In this document: piece by piece, positions 6,617-14,461 of the stretch
How positions within the stretch are numbered: the stretch's first letter is position 1
Layout of the letters: every line of letters starts with the position of its first letter
DNA from: Candidatus Saccharimonadota bacterium
GTDB taxonomy: Bacteria; Patescibacteriota; Saccharimonadia; Saccharimonadales; Saccharimonadaceae
Reading direction: 5' to 3'
NCBI GenBank assembly: GCA_016700015.1
Contig: CP064995.1
Location: forward strand, 750,001-782,000
Length of the DNA: 32,000 nucleotides
Position numbers and translations under genes: made by a program
The notes under the pieces: model-generated
Told to the model about the DNA's origin: nothing
What the model saw: only the letters and a program-made list of their open reading frames with translations
Database searches by the model: none

Positions 6617-8857
6617 CTACAGCGTATCGTCTTCTATGCTGCTGGTGGCATCTAGGTCGGCCATACTACTAATAAGCACGTCGCGCGGGCGGGCGCCATC
6701 GGCTGGGCCAATGATTCCCTGTTCTTCCATTTCTTCGATAATTCGCGCTGCTCGAGCATAACCGACGCGTAGTTTGCGTTGCAGCAGGCTCGTACTGGCT
6801 TTGCGACTCTGAATCACCACTGCCACCGCGTCACGGAACATGTCATCTCCGCCTTCGTGGTCAAAATCCATCACCACGCCACCCTTGCCATTAAGGTGCA
6901 CAGGCTGACTAATAATTTCGTCATTGTACTGCGGTGCACTCTGCATCCGTAAGTGATCGGTCACCTTGTTGACCTCTTCGTCCATCACCCATGCACCCTG
7001 AATACGCTTTGGCTTTGGCATCGTGGCGGTTTTCATGAGCATGTCACCCTGCCCCAGCAGCTTCTCGGCACCAATTTGGTCTAAAATCGTGCGGCTATCG
7101 ACTTGGCTCGCCACCGTAAAGGCAATGCGGGCCGGAATATTGGCTTTAATCAGGCCGGTGATCACATCGACACTCGGACGCTGAGTTGCCAACACCAGAT
7201 GAATACCGACGGCACGGGCTTTCTGGGCAATACGTACCACCAGCGCCTCGACATCACGCGCGGCCACCATCATTAGGTCGGCCAGCTCGTCAATCACAAT
7301 CACCACATACGGCATCGTACCCTCATCAACTTCTTGCATATTGCCGTCTTCGTCTTCGACGCTTACATGGCCGCCGCGCTTTTTGATCTTGTCGTTGTAG
7401 CTTTTGATATCGCGCACCTTTTCTTCGGCAAGCAGTGTGTAGCGACGCTCCATCTCGTTCACCGCCCACTTGAGCGCGCTGATGGTTTTTTCTGGCTCCA
7501 CAATCACTGGTGTCAGCAAGTGTGGAATTTCGCTGTAGGGTGCCATTTCCACCTGCTTTGGATCGACCAAAATCAGCTTCATATCACTCGGACTGTTGCG
7601 GTACAGCAGGCTGGTGAGCAGCGTGTTGATCATCACCGATTTACCGCTACCCGTCTGACCTGCAATCAAAAGGTGGGGCATTTTGTTGAGCTCACCTACT
7701 ACTGGCGCACCAGAAATATCTTTACCAACGGCAAAAGCTAGCGGCTCGTCGGCTTTGACCCATTCACTACTTTCCAAAATACCGCGAATACGCACATCGG
7801 CAGCCTTTTTGTTCGGCACCTCTATACCCACGGCTTTTTGGCCAGGGATTGGCGCTTCCATACGCAGGCTGCTGGCTGCAAGGTTTAGCGCGATGTTGGT
7901 TTCGAGTGCGGTAATACGGCTAAGTTTTATACCGGCCGGCGGTTTAAGCGTGTACTGCGTTACCTTTGGCCCAATGTTAGCGCCTTCCATTTCGACATCA
8001 ATACTAAACTCGCGCAGCGTGTTCTGAATAATATGCGCATTCTGCTGGATGTCACCGGCATCGGCCGGACTTTGCTTTTTCTCGAGTAGTTCCAGGCTCG
8101 GTGCTTTCCAGTTCGGATCACTGACTGCTAGCATGGCAGCTTTTTCTTCGGCCTCTTTGTCTGGCTTGACACTGTTCTTCAAACTTGCAAGCCGTGCTTT
8201 CTTCTGATCTTCAGGGGTAAGCATCGGTACGCCCGCATTGAGCTTGAAATCGGCCATTGGTGCGTTGGTCTTGGCATCAGCTTCAGCAGCTTTGCGCATA
8301 ACAGCCACATTGGCGTCATCTTCGCTGCTGCGACGGAACAGTCGTGCAATTGCTGCCAGCACATCCCCAACAGCTTTCTGCATAACAAACAGCGCTGTGA
8401 TGAGAATGAGTACCAGGTAAATAAAGGCGGCAACTGGCGTATTAACAAGTGAAAGCATGCCGCTGTTCACCGTATCACCCACCACGCCCCCAGTAGTTGC
8501 CTGACCATCCTGGCGCATCAGCCCAAACAGGCCCGCAAACCACACGATGAGCAGGAGTGAAGCAAACTTCATAATGCCAGGTAATTTATTGTTTTCGACG
8601 CGAAAAACAGCGACTGCCACGTATACACTAACGAGCGGCAGTATGTAGGTGGCATACCCGATAGTGCGCAGCGATGCATCCCTGACCCAATCGAATGCCG
8701 GACCGCTAGCGCCAAACCAAGAGATCACAAGTAGAATTGCAAATACAATCAACAGCACGGCTAGTGTTTGCGACCAAAACCCAATCGGCAGCGCATGCTG
8801 CGGTGCTTCAGGCTTTTTATTTTTTTTGCCCCTATGTTTTGATGATTTTCTAGCCAT
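6617..8857 (-). CDS. ftsK: DNA translocase FtsK/SpoIIIE
   Basis: 746 aa with N-terminal TM helices. Walker A GQTGSGKS, VVIVIDELADLM, HLVLATQRPSVDVITG, and a C-terminal gamma (winged-helix) domain SLLQRKLRVGYARAARIIEEMEEQGIIGP. Confidence 0.95.
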   Translation of the reverse strand: MARKSSKHRGKKNKKPEAPQHALPIGFWSQTLAVLLIVFAILLVISWFGASGPAFDWVRDASLRTIGYATYILPLVSVYVAVAVFRVENNKLPGIMKFASLLLIVWFAGLFGLMRQDGQATTGGVVGDTVNSGMLSLVNTPVAAFIYLVLILITALFVMQKAVGDVLAAIARLFRRSSEDDANVAVMRKAAEADAKTNAPMADFKLNAGVPMLTPEDQKKARLASLKNSVKPDKEAEEKAAMLAVSDPNWKAPSLELLEKKQSPADAGDIQQNAHIIQNTLREFSIDVEMEGANIGPKVTQYTLKPPAGIKLSRITALETNIALNLAASSLRMEAPIPGQKAVGIEVPNKKAADVRIRGILESSEWVKADEPLAFAVGKDISGAPVVGELNKMPHLLIAGQTGSGKSVMINTLLTSLLYRNSPSDMKLILVDPKQVEMAPYSEIPHLLTPVIVEPEKTISALKWAVNEMERRYTLLAEEKVRDIKSYNDKIKKRGGHVSVEDEDGNMQEVDEGTMPYVVIVIDELADLMMVAARDVEALVVRIAQKARAVGIHLVLATQRPSVDVITGLIKANIPARIAFTVASQVDSRTILDQIGAEKLLGQGDMLMKTATMPKPKRIQGAWVMDEEVNKVTDHLRMQSAPQYNDEIISQPVHLNGKGGVVMDFDHEGGDDMFRDAVAVVIQSRKASTSLLQRKLRVGYARAARIIEEMEEQGIIGPADGARPRDVLISSMADLDATSSIEDDTL

Positions 8858-8902
8858 AACTTGTATGTATTGTACTCTGTTTTTATCTGTTATGTACAGC
8901 GT

Positions 8903-8932
8903 ATTGTATCGATTTCGGGAAATCGATACAAT
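8903..8932. promoter_or_regulatory. Perfect 13-bp inverted repeat with 4-nt loop (ATTGTATCGATTT cggg AAATCGATACAAT)
   Basis: Read directly. It lies between the rnj stop (9025) and the ftsK start (8857). A 13-bp perfect stem is very unlikely by chance in 32 kb. No U-tract follows on either strand, so it is not a canonical terminator. Confidence 0.5.
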
Positions 8933-8988
8933 TGTTCGTATTCTCGGAACAGATTGAGCGAGCTAAATCTGTTCACCTGAATACTCCA

Positions 8989-8997
8989 ATTGTAGCA
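8989..8997 (-). promoter_or_regulatory. Extended -10 box TGCTACAAT upstream of ftsK (predicts ~125-nt leader)
   Basis: The reverse complement of attgtagca is TGCTACAAT. The same 12-mer TTATGCTACAAT recurs upstream of rnj. Confidence 0.4.
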
Positions 8998-9024
8998 TAA
9001 ATTACTACAAAATGCAATAGTCTG

Positions 9025-11157
9025 CTAGTAGCTGTGACCACCTTGACGAATGACGGGCTCTATCGCCTCTGTATCTGGATATTGCTTTGGAGGAAATTTA
9101 CGCTGATTTGGGGTAGGTGCAAATGGCCGCCTCGCCTGCGGCTGCCCTTGCTTTGCAGGTTGTGGTGCGCGGCCAGTTGGTGGTTTCATCGACACACCGA
9201 TTTCGTTGATAACCGGGATCACAATAGGTGTACGGCGGGTTTGGTCGTACAAAATATGCGTTATTTCGTCTTTGATCTCTTTTTTGACGACATCGAGATC
9301 ATACTTACCACTGAAACTACGGGCGGCTTTTTGCTTCAAGTAGGCACGAATCATACCCATTAATTCTTCGCTATCACGTAGATAAATAAACCCACGGCTA
9401 ATGATATCAGGGCTGGTGAGCAGGCGGCCGTTACCTCGAGCAATTGTCAGCACCACCACAAACATGCCCTCTTGGCTCATATGAATACGGTCTTTGAGCA
9501 CTACCTCACTCACCACCGCCCCGCTGTCGTCGTACATAATACCACCCACGGGCACGCGGCCGATCTTGCGCGCGCCTTCGTGATCAAATTCAACAATATC
9601 ACCAGCGTCACAAACAAAGATGTTATCGCGTGGGATGCCGCACTCTTTCTCGGCAAGCTCGGCGTTGTGCACGAGCATATGGAACTCGCCGTGATTCGGC
9701 AGATAGTACTTGGGATTCACGGCAGTGATCACGCGAATATGATCTTCGTAGTACCCGTGCCCCGAAAGGTGAAGCGGGCCAATGCCAGTAAGGTGTGTTT
9801 TGCCATTTTGGATGATTTCACCACCTTCGCGCATCAGGCCATCGACCGTGCGCACGACGTACTTTTCGTTGCCCGGGATCGGATTACTGCTCAGCACTAC
9901 GACATCAGTATTTTTAATCTTGATGTACTTGTGTGCACCAGTGGCCATACGGTTGAGCACAGCGCTAAATTCACCCTGACTACCGGTACAAACAATGGTA
10001 ATCTTGCTGTCGGGTAGCTTAATGATATCTTCCATCTTCATGACGGTGTCTTTGGGCACCTTGATCGCCCCCGTACGCAGCGCAACTTCGAGGTTTTGGA
10101 TCATACTATAGCCTGCAAAAGCTACTTTACGACCGTGCTTTTGCGCTTCCTCGAGAATCATTTGCATGCGGTGCAGCTGGCTTGAGAAGCTACTAATGAT
10201 CACTCGGCCGTTCGGGTATTTTTCCATCACTTCACCCATGCTGTGCTGAATATCAAACTCACCATGCGTATGCGTGCCATCGCTTTCACAGTTGGTGCTT
10301 TCATTCATGAAAAGCAGAAAACCTTCTTTCGTCGCGATCTCGGTGATGCGCTCGAAGTCGAACTTCTTGCCATCAACAGGGTTTTCTTCAATACGCCAGT
10401 CGCCACTACTGAGAATGTTGCCAACAGGCGTGCGCACCACGACTGCTGTAGCATCGGGAATACTGTGGTTTACACGTACTAGCTCGATACTAAATGAATC
10501 ACAAATTTGTACACTATCGTGCGCTTCAGGGTTCATTTCGCGGTAATCAGGGGTATAGCTGCCATCAGTTTCGTCCATCTGACGCTGCAACATTCCGATG
10601 GTAAATTTGCTAGCATACACTGGCGCAGGAATTTTTACCGCCAGGTGACGAAAGGCACCAATGTGGTCGAGATGACCATGCGTAAACACCTGAGCACGAA
10701 TTTTGTGCCTGTTTTCTTCGAGCCACGTGATATCTGGCGTAATGTAGTTGATGCCGGGATAGTCAGCACCCGGGAACAGAAAGCCCATGTCGATGACAAT
10801 GATGTCGTTGTCGTATTCAATGGCCGTCATGTTTTTGCCGATACCCATTTCGCCTACACCGCCGATAGGAATCACCTTGAGCGTTGGACGTGGTGCACGT
10901 GGTCGCTTGGGCTGATCGGCCAAGCTGAATTGGCGACCCTTGTAGCCGTTGTAAACACTTTTGTTTACCGGCACATTGATCATATGCTGGCTAGCCTGCA
11001 TATTCACATTTTCGCTGGTACGGCGCTGGGCGCGGAATACCTCACCCTTGCGGGTGGTAGTGGCGTTGAGCACGGTATTGTTACTTTTTGGTTTTGCCTG
11101 GTTAGGGCGCTTGCTGGCATCATCTGCCATGGGTTTTGTGAGTCGTCGTTGACCCAT
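9025..11157 (-). CDS. rnj: Ribonuclease J (metallo-beta-lactamase / beta-CASP) with basic N- and C-terminal extensions
   Basis: 710 aa. Core has VIPIGGVGEMGIGKNM and the HGHLDHIG zinc motif. About 95 extra basic residues at the N-terminus and about 60 Pro/Gln/Lys-rich residues at the C-terminus. GGAG Shine-Dalgarno upstream. Confidence 0.9.
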   Translation of the reverse strand: MGQRRLTKPMADDASKRPNQAKPKSNNTVLNATTTRKGEVFRAQRRTSENVNMQASQHMINVPVNKSVYNGYKGRQFSLADQPKRPRAPRPTLKVIPIGGVGEMGIGKNMTAIEYDNDIIVIDMGFLFPGADYPGINYITPDITWLEENRHKIRAQVFTHGHLDHIGAFRHLAVKIPAPVYASKFTIGMLQRQMDETDGSYTPDYREMNPEAHDSVQICDSFSIELVRVNHSIPDATAVVVRTPVGNILSSGDWRIEENPVDGKKFDFERITEIATKEGFLLFMNESTNCESDGTHTHGEFDIQHSMGEVMEKYPNGRVIISSFSSQLHRMQMILEEAQKHGRKVAFAGYSMIQNLEVALRTGAIKVPKDTVMKMEDIIKLPDSKITIVCTGSQGEFSAVLNRMATGAHKYIKIKNTDVVVLSSNPIPGNEKYVVRTVDGLMREGGEIIQNGKTHLTGIGPLHLSGHGYYEDHIRVITAVNPKYYLPNHGEFHMLVHNAELAEKECGIPRDNIFVCDAGDIVEFDHEGARKIGRVPVGGIMYDDSGAVVSEVVLKDRIHMSQEGMFVVVLTIARGNGRLLTSPDIISRGFIYLRDSEELMGMIRAYLKQKAARSFSGKYDLDVVKKEIKDEITHILYDQTRRTPIVIPVINEIGVSMKPPTGRAPQPAKQGQPQARRPFAPTPNQRKFPPKQYPDTEAIEPVIRQGGHSY

Positions 11158-11263
11158 AAATTATTTGTTCTCCTTATTGATATGTATAAAATAATTTCAA
11201 AATCATGTATTCAGAGGTGAGAGGTTTTTGGTAGCTGTCGTGTTCCCTCTCTGAAGTGTTTGT

Positions 11264-11272
11264 ATTGTAGCA
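11264..11272 (-). promoter_or_regulatory. Extended -10 box TGCTACAAT upstream of rnj (predicts ~100-nt leader)
   Basis: The reverse complement of attgtagca is TGCTACAAT. It sits in the 199-nt intergenic region. Confidence 0.4.
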
Positions 11273-11356
11273 TAACTGCTCCAGTAATTCAAGACGACTC
11301 GTCGATAAGATATCTGGGTAACGTAAACGCTACATTGCCCAGCTTACTATTAGAAA

Positions 11357-12214
11357 TTATCGACGAACAGTACCAGTGGAGTCTTGGGCAGCCTGCCATT
11401 TGGCAATAATCTGACCGATCTGATCATCAGTCATAGCATAAGGATCACCAAATGGATCAACTAGTCCTTCACATTCTAGCGTATCAGCAATGGCTCGAAG
11501 GACCATCCGCCGATCAAGCTTCTTTGCGCCATAGGCAACCTGACGAGTTAACGTATCGTGCGGCGAGAAAATGACACCTCTAGCTGATTTTAGTTCATCA
11601 ACAACAAATACTCGACTATTCTCTATCCCCATACGATCAATCACATGTTGCGTGCCGGTATGTGCGGCGCCCTGGACTACACCAATTCGCTTGCCCGGAT
11701 ACTCCCCGGCGAGAGCTAAGAGTTGATATGCGCACAAATCCTCTCTGCGCCTATCACTCAAACCAGAGTACATTGCGTAATCTATCACCGACCTAAAGAA
11801 CCGTCGATGATCTCCGCTGCGAGCCATAGAGGAGATATTTTCGTCGTATAGATCCTCTCTGTGAGTATCATAGATATCTTTTTGTTCCTTGCGCGCATCA
11901 ATAAGCCTTATTGCCTTTACTGTACCCTGTCTCTGTAGCTCATTTACCAATTTATACACAACATCACTACAAATACCATCAAGTTGTGCAATGGGTATAT
12001 CGCCACATATGACAGATTGCAGAAGCGCTTCATGCTTCGCGACATCTCCCTCTGATACACCGATTGCCTCGAGTGCAACAACCTCACAACCCCGTAGGCT
12101 TTTTGCTATTTCAACGGCCATATCGGGCGTATGCTCACAGTACACAAAATGAAATGACGTGCCAGGCGGCACTTCTTGTTCTTTGTGTTCTGGTTGCGGC
12201 TCACGAATATTCAT
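11357..12214 (-). CDS. Hypothetical protein, possible TraB/GumN/Tiki-superfamily member (paralog 1)
   Basis: 285 aa with ordered motifs FHFVYCEH ... VVALEAIG ... RLIDAR ... RREDLCAYQLL ... IGVVQGAAHTGTQH. These resemble the GTxH / E / RDxxM / VGxGH pattern of the TraB/Tiki family, and the protein is alignable with the next gene. Confidence 0.5.
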   Translation of the reverse strand: MNIREPQPEHKEQEVPPGTSFHFVYCEHTPDMAVEIAKSLRGCEVVALEAIGVSEGDVAKHEALLQSVICGDIPIAQLDGICSDVVYKLVNELQRQGTVKAIRLIDARKEQKDIYDTHREDLYDENISSMARSGDHRRFFRSVIDYAMYSGLSDRRREDLCAYQLLALAGEYPGKRIGVVQGAAHTGTQHVIDRMGIENSRVFVVDELKSARGVIFSPHDTLTRQVAYGAKKLDRRMVLRAIADTLECEGLVDPFGDPYAMTDDQIGQIIAKWQAAQDSTGTVRR

Positions 12215-12235
12215 AGTTGTAGGGTAATTGTCTAC

Positions 12236-12244
12236 ATTGTATCA
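12236..12244 (-). promoter_or_regulatory. Extended -10 box TGATACAAT upstream of the 11357-12214 gene
   Basis: The reverse complement of attgtatca is TGATACAAT, 21 nt upstream of ATG 12214. Confidence 0.4.
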
Positions 12245-12278
12245 TAAAATGTAGAAAAAGTCAATACTCGTGTGAACA

Positions 12279-13022
12279 CTATAGCTTGTTCAGCCTCTCA
12301 ATAAAATAGTTCATCGCTTCGTCAACATCTTCATCAGTTGGTTTACGACCAAACATTTGGCAGCGCAGGGCGCTACAATAGGGACCGAAGTTCGTGATCT
12401 CCTGTGGAAAGAGTGGCAGACGATCGTCGGGATGAGAAATAAACACTCGTGAAGTGCATGCCCGTTTTGCCATATGATGACTCACCCTGGTGTGTATAGA
12501 GCCTTGAAACACCGCGTAGCTCGCAGCGCCAAATTGCTCAATATCGCGCACAAGCTGCTTAGTTACAATGGCATCCCGGGCATTGACTGCCCTCGCGTCG
12601 AGTTCGAGTATGTGCCGCATCAGTTGCCGCAGCGCTACACGATTTTTCCCGGCTTGAACACCATCAACCCATTCACGCAATAGGCAATCAACATAGTGTA
12701 CAAGCTGCGCAACTCTATGATCACGGGAAATATCGAGGAGTAATAGCCGCTTTTCACTGTTTTCGAACTTCGAAGCGACATGACTTATGAACCCATCTTC
12801 TCTCCCTGACGACTTTATAATGTCAGCTCTGCGCAGGTCATCATGTGGGTCAAAAATACGGTTGAGCACACGCTCAATCGCTTCACGCTCATCCATCGAC
12901 TCCCCTACCGCTTCAACCGCGATTACTTCAGCATCGCTTTGGGCAAGCGACTCCACTATAGGTGAATAGTTCACCTTAGTGTGATTTGCCAGCGTGAAAG
13001 TGATGATGGGTCGATGTGACAT
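12279..13022 (-). CDS. Hypothetical protein, possible TraB/GumN/Tiki-superfamily member (paralog 2)
   Basis: Motifs ITFTLANH ... VIAVEAVG ... LLLDISR ... ARDAIVTKQLV ... YAVFQGSIHTRVSH are collinear with paralog 1. Start chosen at ATG 13022 (MSHRPIITF), 7 nt downstream of TGCTACAAT. The track start at 13058 is a TTG. Confidence 0.5.
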   Translation of the reverse strand: MSHRPIITFTLANHTKVNYSPIVESLAQSDAEVIAVEAVGESMDEREAIERVLNRIFDPHDDLRRADIIKSSGREDGFISHVASKFENSEKRLLLLDISRDHRVAQLVHYVDCLLREWVDGVQAGKNRVALRQLMRHILELDARAVNARDAIVTKQLVRDIEQFGAASYAVFQGSIHTRVSHHMAKRACTSRVFISHPDDRLPLFPQEITNFGPYCSALRCQMFGRKPTDEDVDEAMNYFIERLNKL

Positions 13023-13029
13023 GCCGCTC

Positions 13030-13038
13030 ATTGTAGCA
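13030..13038 (-). promoter_or_regulatory. Extended -10 box TGCTACAAT, 7 nt upstream of ATG 13022 (leaderless geometry)
   Basis: The reverse complement of attgtagca is TGCTACAAT. Read directly. Confidence 0.45.
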
Positions 13039-13117
13039 ACCACCCCACCAGATACCAATCATAAGCAGTCAGATAAAAAGTTTACCCGACCGCCCTAACA
13101 CCTATAAGTACTTCTTT

Positions 13118-13693
13118 TTAACCAACCTGTGCTAGAATCTCCGGCATACGCACAAAATCGTCGATAAGTGTTTGCCGCAAGCTACCGTTATACAGTGCTG
13201 CTGCTGGATGATACAGCGGTACGATCACCAGCGCGTGTTCGCCAAACCGGATACGCTTGGGCTGACCATGAATCTGGCTTATGTACATACCCGGCAGAAA
13301 ATATTCCATACTGTGCCGGCCGAGCGTCACCACAACTTTTGGCTGAATAATCTCAAGCTGCTGCAAAAGGTATGGCCAAAAAGCGCGTTTTTCCTCTGGC
13401 TCTGGATCACGATTGTTTGGTGGACGATACTTCACGATATTGGTGATATACACGTCATCGCGCTGCATGCCGGCTGCAGCGAGCATTTCATTGAGGAATC
13501 TGCCACTTGCGCCGACAAATGGTAACCCCTGTTCGTCCTCTGCCTTACCTGGCGCTTCGCCAATGAAGACGATGTCGGCATCGGGGCTGCCATCACCCAT
13601 GACCAGCTGCGTCGCCGACTCACGCAAATGAACGCAGACATCGGCAGCGATGATCTCATCGCGGAGCGCAATAAGTTGGTCTAATTTCGTCAT
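13118..13693 (-). CDS. Uracil-DNA glycosylase, family 4-like
   Basis: 191 aa. Motif A GEAPGKAEDEQGLPFVGASGRFL and motif B LYHPAAAL. The whole protein has a single Cys. A TATACT -10 (13700-13705) lies 6 nt upstream of the ATG. Confidence 0.85.
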   Translation of the reverse strand: MTKLDQLIALRDEIIAADVCVHLRESATQLVMGDGSPDADIVFIGEAPGKAEDEQGLPFVGASGRFLNEMLAAAGMQRDDVYITNIVKYRPPNNRDPEPEEKRAFWPYLLQQLEIIQPKVVVTLGRHSMEYFLPGMYISQIHGQPKRIRFGEHALVIVPLYHPAAALYNGSLRQTLIDDFVRMPEILAQVG

Positions 13694-13708
13694 ATCACTA
13701 GTATAGGG

Positions 13709-13987
13709 CTACTGCCGAGTTTTGCGAGACCGCGACGTATTTTTTGATCTGTGAACGTAGATTGTCCAAAACTTATACTTTATAAAAAGCCAAATAAACC
13801 AGCCGAGGAGAATGATGCTCGAAAAAATTGGGGCAAGGCTTCGTCCGCCCGCTACTCGAGAACCATCCCCCTCTATGCCAAGTATCGGATAAATAACCAC
13901 TGCGTCAACCGCTGCGCCTACCAGGATGATAAATACCAGTATGACGAGCGTATTGGTTATTTCATCCGAGCGGCGTTTTTTGCTCAT
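13709..13987 (-). CDS. Small membrane protein (two predicted TM helices)
   Basis: 92 aa. Hydrophobic segments LVILVFIILVGAAVDAVVIYPIL and IFSSIILLGWFIWLFI with basic termini. A TATACT -10 (13995-14000) lies 7 nt upstream of the ATG. Confidence 0.6.
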   Translation of the reverse strand: MSKKRRSDEITNTLVILVFIILVGAAVDAVVIYPILGIEGDGSRVAGGRSLAPIFSSIILLGWFIWLFIKYKFWTIYVHRSKNTSRSRKTRQ

Positions 13988-14054
13988 GCCGTATAGTATA
14001 TACCATTTCTACACATGGTCAGTGAGTCGGTGCTGTCATGCCGGCCGTAGAGAA

Positions 14055-14252
14055 CTACATTTTAGATTTGCGAGCAAGCATATTCACGCATTTCGTTGCC
14101 CACGCCAGCACAAACGGCCAGGCCCATAGATACATATTCCAACCAACATTACTAGAAACCCGGCAATAAGTAAGCATCTGGTGAATGCCTTCTGTTAATG
14201 ATGCGCCATCGCGCACCGTACCAGGTACGTATATGGCTGCGTAACCATGCAT
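14055..14252 (-). CDS. Small hypothetical protein with hydrophobic C-terminal segment
   Basis: 65-aa ORF whose ATG (14252) directly abuts the stop (14253-14255) of the upstream 45-codon ORF. Contains WNMYLWAWPFVLAWATKCVNML. No homology recognised. Confidence 0.35.
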   Translation of the reverse strand: MHGYAAIYVPGTVRDGASLTEGIHQMLTYCRVSSNVGWNMYLWAWPFVLAWATKCVNMLARKSKM

Positions 14253-14390
14253 CTACTTCTTATTGTTGGTAGGTTTTTGATCGAGTTTGCTCAAGATCCA
14301 GCCAAACAAAAGTGGCAGCACATAGGCGAGCAGCTTCTGCACCGTGGGGCTACGCAGCATAGAACCGATTGTTTGTGTGGGCTTTGCCAT
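14253..14390 (-). CDS. Small single-TM protein (45 aa, below the ORF-track size cutoff)
   Basis: Hand translation: MAKPTQTIGSMLRSPTVQKLLAYVLPLLFGWILSKLDQKPTNNKK*. A TACAAT -10 (14398-14403) lies 7 nt upstream of ATG 14390, the same geometry as neighbouring genes. Confidence 0.4.
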   Translation of the reverse strand: MAKPTQTIGSMLRSPTVQKLLAYVLPLLFGWILSKLDQKPTNNKK

Positions 14391-14461
14391 AGCTACTATT
14401 GTAGCGGAACGACGCAAAAAGAGTAAGTGAAAAACCGAACCAGCAGTTGTACCGATATGGA

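Noticed and set aside
8935-8975. GAAC/GTTC-containing inverted repeats upstream of ftsK, considered as a LexA (SOS) box.
   Set aside because: The spacing (GTTC-N9-GAAC and GAAC-N20-GTTC) does not match the known GAAC-N4-GTTC (Cheo) box or the actinobacterial TCGAAC-N4-GTTCGA box. No recA/lexA context is visible.
8989-11275. Identical 12-mer ATTGTAGCATAA at 8989-9000 and 11264-11275, considered as a dispersed repeat element.
   Set aside because: Tens of repeated 12-mers are expected by chance among all position pairs in 32 kb. The shared sequence is better explained as two instances of the TGCTACAAT extended -10 promoter box.
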